64,000 nucleotides of DNA from Eledone cirrhosa (taxonomy: Eukaryota). How positions within the stretch are numbered: the first letter of the stretch is position 1; every line of letters starts with the position of its first letter. Location: contig OZ024740.1 of NCBI GenBank assembly GCA_964016885.1, positions 277,140,001 through 277,204,000 on the forward strand. Direction: 5' to 3'. Below the pieces are notes generated by a model. It was not told where the DNA came from. It was given only the letters and a program-made list of their open reading frames with translations, and did not search any database. The position numbers were made by a program, and so were the translations under genes. This document shows positions 52,700 through 64,000 of the stretch, piece by piece.

Positions 52700-53500
52700 A
52701 TTACCTTATCAATCTCTGAAGTATTTCTAGTCTATGCTTACACCACCCATTTTCTGTTCGCATTTTCAAATGCTGGTATAACTTCTAATTCATGTGAATC
52801 TCACCTCTGATATATCTGTGTATGTATTTCCTTCTTGGCAAAGACTGAACAGCCAAATACAATGTTGGTAGTTGTTTCTTCCTGTGTTTTTTTAATGGTT
52901 TGTGGTTAGCCGACTTTGTTCTTTTGTCGCAATCAAGATTCCCTTAACCACAACTTTCACATTGCACTTCTCAGTTTGGTGTAATGTCTTTGACTACTCT
53001 AACCCTGTCCAGCTTTATCGTATATTAGTCATATAAGGGCCTTTGTGGTCATCGCTTTTCTTTTCATAGCTTTTGTAGCATGATTTTTACCCCTTATTTT
53101 AGTTTTTAAAATCTGTTGGTTCAACATATTATCCATAACCATTTGTGATATCCGACACTGTTTTGTATTTGTGGTTTCTTTGAAGATGGAATATTTTTGT
53201 TGTTTTCTTCGTTTTTCATAGTTATTTGCGTTAGGTATCCATTTTATGTTACTACGCATTTTTGTAGTCCTACACATGTTGTCCGATAACAGTTTTCTAG
53301 TTGCAGAAAACATCTACATCTCTATATATTTCTGGTAAAGATTTCTATATAAAATTTTAAGGTGAGTATTCTAAATGTAATAATCATGTTTCCCGTTTTT
53401 AATTTGTATCACCATTCTATTTTGTTTCCACCAATGATGAATGCGTTAACTATCTTCCTTCTGGGATAGCTATCATATTCATACCTATTACATTATTAGT
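52700..53500 (-). mobile_element. Ancient PLE-like RT/GIY-YIG remnant
   Basis: Decayed TNIVFGCSVFCQEGNTYTD (compare NVVY..C..YIG) and RKIVNAFII (compare RYVDDIFII) in the expected order. Confidence 0.25.
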
Positions 53501-54423
53501 CCTTTAGCTCTCTTTTAAATATTTATCTAATATGTCCAACGTATTCCTTGCTTGAGAATTATCTGTAATCCCCGACTTAAAGATTCTTCTTTCTCCTATT
53601 CTCGAAGATGTTCAAGATCTGGATGCAGAGGTGAACTACGGCATCAAGACTATTTTCAGAAAGCTCAATGACAGTCAGGGAAAAATTGACATAAAACTGC
53701 CTACAAAATACAAATGTACTGAGCAGTATGTCTGTTAAACTCTGTGTACACTCTATCATATACACATTAAAGTCTTATGAGCCTCCATCTACTAATAATA
53801 ATGAATGTTTCCTGGCCGGACCACATTTCCAACTAGTTGGTTCTGCAATGCACAAATTAACTAGTGTTAAGTCTATCCTGCTAGAGTTGTAACTACGCTG
53901 AGTTGGATATGTAATTCGTATGGAAAACACGAGGTTCTCCAAGGCTGTCAACGAGTACGCCCAAAACTCCATTATTCGGATGCCATCAAATGTCACCTAA
54001 ATATAATAGGCGGCTTGATCACGACAAGATGGAAGATGAAAGCGTCTGACAGTATAACAAGAAAGGAGTAAATATTGCAGAATCAAAATAGTCGGAGCAA
54101 CAAAAACGAAAGAGAAACAGAAAGAGAGCAAGATCTACCACACTGGCACATCTGCAATATCTGCGGGCTAGTTTATGGCGGTGCCCTTGGTATACAGTTT
54201 CATAAAGGAGCAAAGAATCACCGAGGGAGTTTCCTCATTATTCAATTATAATAATTGGAAAAACAAAACCATCCAACACCAAGTCATATTTGAATACAAG
54301 TAATTGTTTTATATATATATATATATATACGCACACATACACAAACACACATACACACATACATATATATATACACACATATATATACACACGCACACAC
54401 ATACACACACATACATATATATA

Positions 54424-54497
<74 letters not shown>

Positions 54498-55864
54498 CAT
54501 ATATATATCCATATATATATACATATATATGCATATATATATATATATGCATATATATATGTGTGTGTGTGTATGTATATATATATATATATACATATAT
54601 AATTATGTATATACATACATACATCCATACACACGTACATATATATATATATATAGCTGATGAGCATCCGTTTAAGACTTTTCTGATTAGAGACTGCATC
54701 AAAAGACGGCAACCAACCACTACGTCCGGAGAGAAAAGAGTTTCTCAACGTCTTCCTCACTTCCCCCACCACCACCACCAACAACAACAGCTCCATCACT
54801 TCTACCACAACGAAAGTCTGCTTTGAAATGATACCGGTCCAGCTTATATGTTCGCCCGACACTTATACAGGATGAAGTCCAGATATATTCCGGTCGGTTT
54901 TTCTATTCTGAGAGATCACCGGATACTGTCTGACATATTCTCGCTACACGAATGTAAGAAACAGCTGCGGGAGATGCACAATTTAGTCAGAATTGGTTGA
55001 ATAACGAAGACATCTATTTTGTGTTCTACAACCTACTGACTGTTATATGAAGCCCTCCTTTCATTCAATAACATTAAGATTAACAACGTCTTTTACACGT
55101 TTGCACTCTTTCGCTTAATATGAACGATAATTGTATAATGTGGAATCTCAAATAATCAAAATAAATTGAATTATATGTTCGTAGTGCAACAGATTCTTCG
55201 CAATCAAAACAATTTTTTTCTATAATAAATTATGTATTTGTTTACTTAAAACTTAAACAAAACCTACAACAGAATCTACAAGGCGTTTTATAAATTAGAA
55301 ATAAGATACGACGTTAATACAAAGGTTAGTTAGAAAGGCAACGTAAAATAAAATTTAAACAAATGATGAAATAAACAATTAAATTGTATGAGTTGGAGAG
55401 GAAAAAGAAAAATAGTTATGTAGAAAATTGGTTTGGTGTTGATAAATCCCAAAACTTAATCGGTTAGAAGGACACCACTAACAGTTCGTCTTGGTGTAAT
55501 GTATCTTGAGTAAAATAACTTGGCTAAGGACATTTCTATTCGAGTTATATTCATTAGAGGATGTGAACAGCTCAATAATCCAGTTCACTCTAGGTGGGGT
55601 GGACTATTGTAAGCTGTCTGCATAGCTAGGAATAATATATACTCCGAGGGTAAATTAAAATGTTGCGATATACGTGCTTCCTCAGACGGCAGTAGTGATT
55701 CGGCTGCAAATAGGTATCGAAGCCAGTTTTGCTTTCTGTGTGGGCCACGGTCAAAATAAAATTTTTTTTGGTTTAGCTTCCTAGACGAAAAGATTCAATA
55801 TTACAAATTAGCTAAAGGAGGGTGTTGTGCTGTTCATGCTTTTTCCACGACTATTATTAATGTA

Positions 55865-56050
55865 AGGTGGATTGGCAGTAGCGGTAGAGATTCGGACGCC
55901 ATACTTTGCATAGAGTTACGGCCCTTTACGGTTTGAGTTCAATCCCGCTGAGGTTCACTTTGCCTTTCATTCATACGGGCTTGATAAAATAAAGTACCAG
56001 TATTGCACTGGGATAATTACTGGCCTTTGCCAAAAGTAGAAACAATTATT
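55865..56050 (+). mobile_element. SINE family A with 14-bp TSD
   Basis: attattaatgtaag at 55853-55866 and 56045-56058. Confidence 0.9.
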
Positions 56051-57876
56051 AATGTAAGTTGCGTAAATTCATCATCAAACATGACTTTTACAGAATAGTT
56101 TCGGCTGTTAAGAAATTTACAAATTTGCGTAATAACGCCCACCAGTAAATATGCTTGATCAGAACTGTGCAGGGATACACAACAATGGTGTTCGTCAACG
56201 ACTATGAAGTAAATAATATAAATGCTTTTCGCAATATCCACAGAATACACAGCAGTTGAGTTACCACTGATCCAGCACTGCAATATGTATGTGGTGAAAT
56301 CATACATAATTTTTGTGATACACTTCAGAGGCTGTGCGTATGTAGTACAACACATCATTATAAGTCGTGTTGGCAGCCCTTTTAAAATGTATGATTGTTC
56401 TGAAGAACTGAATTAAACTTGGCACGTAAGCTTGGTGTGCTTCAATGTCACTACCTGAAGACTAAGTATTAAATGATATACAACAGAATTCAATAGAAAT
56501 TGTTTTCTGGATATTAAAATCCATAATATAACCCAAAATATACGCTGAATTATATAGTGAAAAAAAATAGACTTCTTTTTTCATAATTTTGCAAGAGACC
56601 TCTCTTTACAAAATAGTAACATTATGAAAAAATCATCATTAGGAAATTTCCCTTATAATTGCCCGACCTTAATCATTAAGTTTTTATTTTATTTTTTCAT
56701 CTGCAAGGTCATATAAATTAAGTTATAATGAACGATAGCTTATATTGACTGGAGGAGATATTCCGCAGTCATAAAAACAAACATGATACACACACACACA
56801 CAAACACCCACTCACTCACACACACATACGCACACACATGCATGCACATTTATATATATCGATGGCAGGCCTTCCTTTTATTTTGCATCAATAATGAAAG
56901 AAAAATCCATAAGAGTTTTACGTACCTTCTGAATTGCTGATAACACTGAACTGGTTGCTGCATTCGAATGTTGGTAGATATAGTTGCGCATTGTTGACTT
57001 ATTGGATTCTCGAGTATTTTGATTTCTCTTCTCTTCCACAGTACACTACATTACTTGCTATTTGTTTACTATTTGTTTGTTTGAATTTTCAAATTATAAG
57101 AAGTGTTTGTGCTATATCATCCAATCGGGTATGATAATTTGTTGTTGATGATGATGACGATGGCGACTACGCTGATGACGATTACAATGATAAGGATGAC
57201 AGTAATTGTAATTATGATGAAGATGAAGAGAGAGAGGAATAAAAGGAAGAAAGGGGAAAAGTAGAGGGGTGACACTAATGATGATTATAAGGAAAATGCT
57301 GCTGTTACGGCTATGTTTTGCATATATTATTCAGTACTTCATCTCCTATTTGATTCATCTAAATTCAAGACACTGTTCCACTTGAGTTATTTCAATTAGG
57401 TTCTTTTTGTAACTTGCTGGACAAAATTCTTCGTAACTCTTTTTTCTCAATATAAAGATCTCTTTCGCTGATGAGGTCTAAAACTGAAGCATGATTGTTA
57501 CTGTAACAATACATGCTAACAAATATATATTTTTCTCCTAAGACAGTGAATTTCAATTTTCTGTGAAATTAATTCTTAAGAAATTGATATTTTTGGACGC
57601 TGCAAAGTGCCACTAGATAATCGTTTTCTTTTTCATATTAAGAAACAAATTTTAATTTATTTAGAATGTTTTGCGTACGTCATTTTCTAAAATATTAAAA
57701 TTCCTGACAGAATTTAGTTATTTCTCTTGTTTAAATGCAAGATAAGACATTGAAACCAGAGAAAACTAGTAGTGACAAAAAGTCCACTACTTTTAATCTT
57801 TTCGAATTGTACATATTTTGCGTTGTTTTTCACATATACATGACTATGCCTTTCAAATGTTTTCTCCGCAATTATA

Positions 57877-58066
57877 AGGTGGATTAGCAGTATCGGTAAA
57901 GAGTCGGACGCCATGCTTTGTAGCATAGAGTTACACCCTTTTACGGTCTGAGTTCAAATCCTGTCGAGGTTAACTTCGTCTTTCATCTTTATGGGGTCGA
58001 TAAAATAAAGCAGCAGTAATGCACTGGGATAATTGCTGGCCTTGTGCCAAATGTAGACACAATTAT
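57877..58066 (+). mobile_element. SINE family A, full length
   Basis: Box A/B, body and tail; short TSD attata(a/c)ggt. Confidence 0.85.
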
Positions 58067-59376
58067 ACGGTACTGGGTTCGATTTCACTGTGTAGCTTAT
58101 TGCACAAATGTTTTTAACGTAACGTCAAGTTTTTCATGGTATTGTGCATGAAATTGGAAAGTCGAAAACTGAGGGAGATTGTTTAGTTGTTCTGTTTGCT
58201 TTAATCCACTATCCAGTTTATAAATGAATGTTAGGACATGTGACATATGTGAGTGTATGTGTGTCTCAATATGTGAATTTATAGGCAATGCGTGCAGCAA
58301 GAGACAGTCATATCAGTGTGTATCACAATGTGCCAGAGGTAGATAATTTAGCCTGCTGTCGATGCTATGAGGAGCGAACGAGCTGATTTTGAAGAAAAAT
58401 CTTTGTTGAAGAAGATGCTTAGTATAAAGGATTTCTGAGGTGCTGTTGAAATCCGAAAAAAAGTAGGTGATGGTAGGAGTGATATGGGAAGTATCAATGG
58501 TGTGTCACACGGGTTATGAAAGGAGACAATGCTCATGCCTGCGGAAGCGGTCAGTCAAATTCCAGTTACTTTCAAATATACAGAATGTATACACACAATG
58601 TATACACACAATGAAGGATACCACACGAAATTTTAGGCGATTCCTCTTCCCCGAGGAAAATGAATTCCTTTCATATTGAACGGTTTATATTTACTAATTT
58701 CAAAGTAGAAGGAATTCAATTTCCTATGCACTACTTTCATGTATACTGTTGTTTCTTTTATTATGAGGGATGTTTGGAGACCCAGCATTCACCAGCTTTT
58801 CATGTATTCCCTCTTTCCTGTATGCGAACATTTGGCACAAAAACCTTAATAATTTCCCATATCTAATACTATGTCGTAAATTGATGTTTGCTACATCAAG
58901 TATTTTATTTTATGACTTGAGAATATTCTTCTGTCTATCTACATACACATTGTACGCACACACCCACACATACATTCACACCCATGCAAACACACTCACA
59001 CACACACACACAGAGACACACACACATTCACACATACTCATATTCATCTGATTCTCTTGAACTTACATTGCCTTGGTCATTGAAATCATTATGCAATTTA
59101 TTGCATTTGCACAGACAAATTACTAGATTTCACTATATTATATGCTGTTTTTCACCTCCATATTTCACCTCTATATGTGTTTAATATAAACATTTGTCAC
59201 TATATAATCTTTGCCCTTGCATGGATTATATTATAAAACAAGAATAAATCGAGTTACCTCCCTAGTCACGGAAATGAATCCTGACCATTTCTGCGCAGAA
59301 TCATCCAGCGCATAAGTATTTCCGGTCGCACTATAATCATGCACGAGTCGAATAATCCTTTTCAAGTATGGTTTGG

Positions 59377-59422
<46 letters not shown>

Positions 59423-59544
59423 AATGAAGCAACGGAGTAAAACACTCGCGTTGTTCCCTGTAATGAAAAACCATGTTGTTTTCATATATTCTCTCATATA
59501 TATATAGTAATAATAATAATATTTATACTTACATATGGTTTATA

Positions 59545-60075
<531 letters not shown>

Positions 60076-60208
60076 TATAGTTATTAATGTGTAGGGTAGT
60101 ACTAACCACTAGCCAGTAAGAGAAAAGGCTCAATGTAAACTATCAAATATATTACAGAACCAAGATACAAAATATAAAACAATAAAATCTTACTTTGATA
60201 CATTTAAT

Positions 60209-60255
60209 TGCTGACAATTGTTTCTTCCAGACGAATATCTGGAATGATCGGAGCA
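60209..60255 (-). ncRNA. Decayed hammerhead ribozyme in a probable PLE 3' remnant (about 60090-60715)
   Basis: TGCT-CCGATCA-TTCCAGA-tattcg-TCTGGAA-GAAA-CAATTG-TC-AGCA: all three stems intact, two core substitutions. Confidence 0.55.
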
Positions 60256-60711
60256 TAGAGAATGATTAAACAGGTAATTAAAATCCTAGTCTTCAGAACA
60301 TTTATATAGATACAGTGTCATTGACATCATATAGAAAATGGAAGTTACAGAAAATCAACAGAAAACACAGTATTAGGGTGCAGTGGTGAAAAGTTAAATA
60401 TTGAGCATATTATATATAAAGATATTCTTTAAGGTAATACATGTGCAAAAGATACAAGCAAAAAAGATGTAAAATAAGATAGATAAAAGATATCATAGCA
60501 TTGAAAAGGTAATGTTAAGGGTATATAATGCAAAAGCAAACATCACGGACGCTCTATCTCAAAATTATTTTTGAAAAGCATTAGAAATGCGCAACCGGTA
60601 AAACTTAAAACCAAAACTGAATACTAACCAATACAATTACTAATTCTCACTTATTCCTAATTAAACTATTTTTCACTGTGAACAATTTGTCAGCATTTTC
60701 TATTCCGTTTA

Positions 60712-60774
<63 letters not shown>

Positions 60775-61865
60775 CAATTTTAGTACAGCATTAACGAAGC
60801 TTTAGGCTGCGGCTAAGCTAACGAATGCAGATTCGGAATGTAGCTTTAGCACTCGATGGAGAATAATAGCCCAGAGTTATAACAATACGTTTAGACAGCT
60901 TTGCAAATCAAATATAGCGACCGGCAGTCCAGTCGCATTGCCATAGCATCGAAAATGACTGAACTCAGGGAAAGATTTTGACTGACCTGGACCATCACGC
61001 GGAGATCGAATGCAACACATAACGCATATCGTATAGCATACGATATACATCACATATAACATACAACATCCATGCTAGGTTTCTGTAAATATATATATAG
61101 ATATATTCTAATGACTCCTGTTATCTTAACTTATTAAAAACATTTTAAAAATCAAATTTAAGCTAACAACAAATATGTTAATAGAGTTGTTAAGTGGTGC
61201 CTTCTAAGTATGCTTAGTTAATAGTGATTTTTTTGCCCTTGGATTTATGCCAAAATAACTACTCAGTGTACATATGTTAACATTTTGGTCCCATAATGAT
61301 TGAACTAAATAGAAACCTGTGTGTTGATACAAAACGTAAATACGGAAGGTTTTCCACTCATGAATGACAGTTCAATGGCAATCTAAATTAGAAAATACAG
61401 TAAATTCTGCTTAATGTTGTTATCTTCTTTGATTGATTATCGAATATTATAATAGATTGCCACAATGAATTGTCTTACACATGTGCATACAACAATACAT
61501 AATTAATTTATATGGAATCGGTGGCCGATTAATCGCTATCGCACAATAAGCCAGGACTGATTAATCGGTAATCGGTCAATTTTCATATCAGCTCATTTCT
61601 AATTCACACATCCACATACATTCACATATACATGCATATAGACATACAAATATAGATATATACATACATGCACATGTACATACATACATACATACATACA
61701 TACATACATACATACATACATACATACATACATACATACATACATACATACATACATACATACACACATATATATATATATACATATATACATATATACA
61801 TACATACATACATACATACACATACACACATACAATAACATCCATACCTACACATGAATCTATGC

Positions 61866-62392
61866 ATGCATACATACATATCTACCTAGTTGATGTGTAA
61901 ATTCCAATGAGAGATTCTTGTAACTATGTTAGAAACCGACTCTCTCTCTATTGGCAAAAATTTGTGAAACTATAAAACCAGAAAATACATACATACATAC
62001 ATACATACATACATACATACATACATACATACATACATACATACATACATACATACATACATACAAATCTTGAGTGGCGGGGCTTCATAGAAATAGAAAA
62101 AACACGACTCGTTAGGAAATTAGTTAGGAACAGTAAAAATATGTAAAACAGTCTAAAAGTTTTGCATCTAATAACTGCATATACACTTATACAGATACAA
62201 AGCATATACACATGCATACATATAACTCAACACAAAATCCACATATACATTAACATCTATACCTGCAAACACATGCATACATATCTACCTAGTTGATGTT
62301 GTGTAAATTCCAATGAGAGAGTCTTGTAACTATGTTAGAAACCGACTCTCTCTCTATTGGCAAAAATTTGTGAAACTATAAAACCAGAAGAA
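61866..62392 (+). repeat. ~120-bp direct repeat (61866-61986 and 62273-62392), each copy followed by (TACA)n
   Basis: tctacctagttgatgt..ccaatgagaga..gactctctctctattggcaaaaatttgtgaaactataaaaccagaa occurs twice. Confidence 0.9.
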
Positions 62393-62461
62393 CATACATA
62401 CATACATACATACATACATACATACATACATACATACATACATACATACATACATACATAC

Positions 62462-64000
62462 AATGGCGACCGTTGTGGTCAGTGTCCGATAATTGGACGT
62501 GTGTAATTACGGCTTACATGAAGGCAACATACCATATATTGGAAAAAGTTGAGCTACATTACGCGGTAAGATTACATACAATAATTCTACATAAGTGTTT
62601 GAACTGTAAGTGTGTTGTAAAACACCTATTTATATGAACGATACATACACTTATGATATATGAACGATACATACACTTTAACATATAAATGCAACGTTGT
62701 TATATTACATTTATAAAGAAATATAAAAGTAACGTTTTCGATTCAGAAACAAAAATATAAGTGTTTGAACTGTGAATGTTGTGAATATGTTGTAGAACAC
62801 CTATTTATATGAATGATACATAAACTTTAACATATAAATACAGCATTGTTATATTATATTACATTCGTAAAGGAATATACTAAGTAACGGTTCTTTTTGT
62901 TCTCGATTCAAACGATTCAAGAACAACGTTTAAAACACAGTTGTAGAATTAAAAACTAACTGAAAAGAAATATTACCCAAGCTGTGAATAACTTTAAATT
63001 TGATTCTGACAGAACTTTGTCGTAACTTTTAAAGAAGATCATCGACTATTTAAAAAAAATAAATACAAAATATTAGTGAATAGACGAACTCATCATGGCA
63101 AAAAGTACAAGTCTCCTTCGACCAAATCGCAATTACAACCGTTGTATACAGTGGAGCTACGAGCTTAACAAAGAATTATATGAAGCATACAAACAATCTG
63201 AACCCCAAAAGTTCGGTTTTATGCAAAGGCTAAAAACTTTATGGAACTCCAAACACCCAGAATTAGACTTTTCTCCAAAGCATCTAAATGAACAGGCAAA
63301 ACGTATCATTAGATGTAAATTGATATATCTAACGGAATCGAGTGATACTACAAATACAGCCCTTGTAGACAACCACCCCACCTCCACTGACAGACAAAGA
63401 GAATGGCCGGCTAAATCTAACAGTGAACAGCTCACCAACAATTTTGCTGAAATCCATCCCACTTCCACTGAAGAACAGCGAGAAAGGTCAGCTGACTCTA
63501 GTAGTAATTGTCACCACATCAACAACGAGGCTGCAATTCATGACTCTACTGAACAAACAGAGCACCAAAAACTTGTGGGCACCCTACAAGTGATATGGAA
63601 CGATATGTTTCAAGAGATACACAGCCTTAATGTGAGTGACAGACCATACAACACTAGAGTCAGTAAAGAACCCACTAAATTGGAATTGGAAGCGGTGAAC
63701 GAAATAGCTGGCAATTATCTGAAGGCTATACGATCTAAAGGTGTAGAAACGACATTTGAAACGCTCAATGTTTTGTTATATGTTTCAGCTGTCACATTGC
63801 TATCATATAACACACATCTAAAACCACGCAATCAAGATACAAACAGAAAGCCTGAACCAGCGTGGATGCGAAATTTAAAAACCAAAATTTTGTCCCTGAG
63901 ACGAAGTATCTCACACATCGCAGTCGTTATGAAATGCAACATAGAGAGAAACTTCACACGACACCAGGAAGACCTAAAGAAAAAGTTAGAGAGACGATTT
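62462..64000 (+). mobile_element. 5' part of a divergent R4/Dong-like retrotransposon starting right after (TACA)n
   Basis: ~630-bp putative 5'UTR with a ~166-bp internal duplication, then an open ORF homologous to the N-terminus of Dong copy 2. Confidence 0.75.
63095..64000 (+). CDS. R4/Dong-like ORF N-terminus (302 codons, no stop, runs off the window)
   Basis: Manual translation: QWSYELNKELYEAY..LWNSKHPE..LNEQAKRII and LNVLLYVSAVT..PAWMRNLKTKILSLRRSI align with KWSREDNKEVLEAF..WKKKHPE..LANIRRNI and LNHLYYASAKVT..TWQENINRQINLLRSDI of ORF 37556-38737. Confidence 0.85.
   Translation, partial: MAKSTSLLRPNRNYNRCIQWSYELNKELYEAYKQSEPQKFGFMQRLKTLWNSKHPELDFSPKHLNEQAKRIIRCKLIYLTESSDTTNTALVDNHPTSTDRQREWPAKSNSEQLTNNFAEIHPTSTEEQRERSADSSSNCHHINNEAAIHDSTEQTEHQKLVGTLQVIWNDMFQEIHSLNVSDRPYNTRVSKEPTKLELEAVNEIAGNYLKAIRSKGVETTFETLNVLLYVSAVTLLSYNTHLKPRNQDTNRKPEPAWMRNLKTKILSLRRSISHIAVVMKCNIERNFTRHQEDLKKKLERRF

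Noticed and set aside
53775-53996. APE-like peptide YPTQRSYNSSRIDLTLVN on the minus strand
   Set aside because: A single weak motif with no adjoining RT; too little to call.
54656-54720. CTGATGA next to (TA)n as a hammerhead
   Set aside because: No GAAA or stems in the correct register on either strand.
56017-56416. 113-aa ORF or possible old DNA transposase remnant
   Set aside because: No recognisable motif with confidence, and the ORF ends inside a SINE tail.
58350-58550. Purine-rich exon-like stretch (PAVDAMRSERADFEEK..)
   Set aside because: In-frame stop after about 28 codons and no recognised homology.

Overview
AT-rich, repeat-saturated animal DNA. The SINE types and microsatellite load suggest a cephalopod such as Octopus (inference, not verified). 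No host protein-coding, rRNA or tRNA gene could be supported, and most ORF-track hits are microsatellite artefacts. Contents: (1) Penelope-like element (PLE) remnants of Naiad and Neptune type, mostly inside (TA)n tracts, several with minimal hammerhead ribozymes; (2) a 31.5-52 kb retrotransposon nest with three R4/Dong-clade copies (minus) and a head-to-tail chimera of three L1/Tx1-like units (plus); (3) about a dozen copies of a tRNA-derived SINE with an (ATT)n tail, plus CORE-type SINEs; (4) an RTE remnant, two Helitron-like elements and a MITE; (5) about 30 copies of a 97-bp minisatellite. The most interesting signal is an apparent partitioning of retroelements by microsatellite. The SINE shares its 3' end with the Tx1-like LINE and inserts at ATTATT. 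Dong copies twice sit tail-to-tail in Tx1 (ATT)n tails. A divergent R4/Dong-like lineage, including a 302-codon open ORF that runs off the window end and is absent from the ORF track, sits in (TACA)n instead of the usual (TAA)n.
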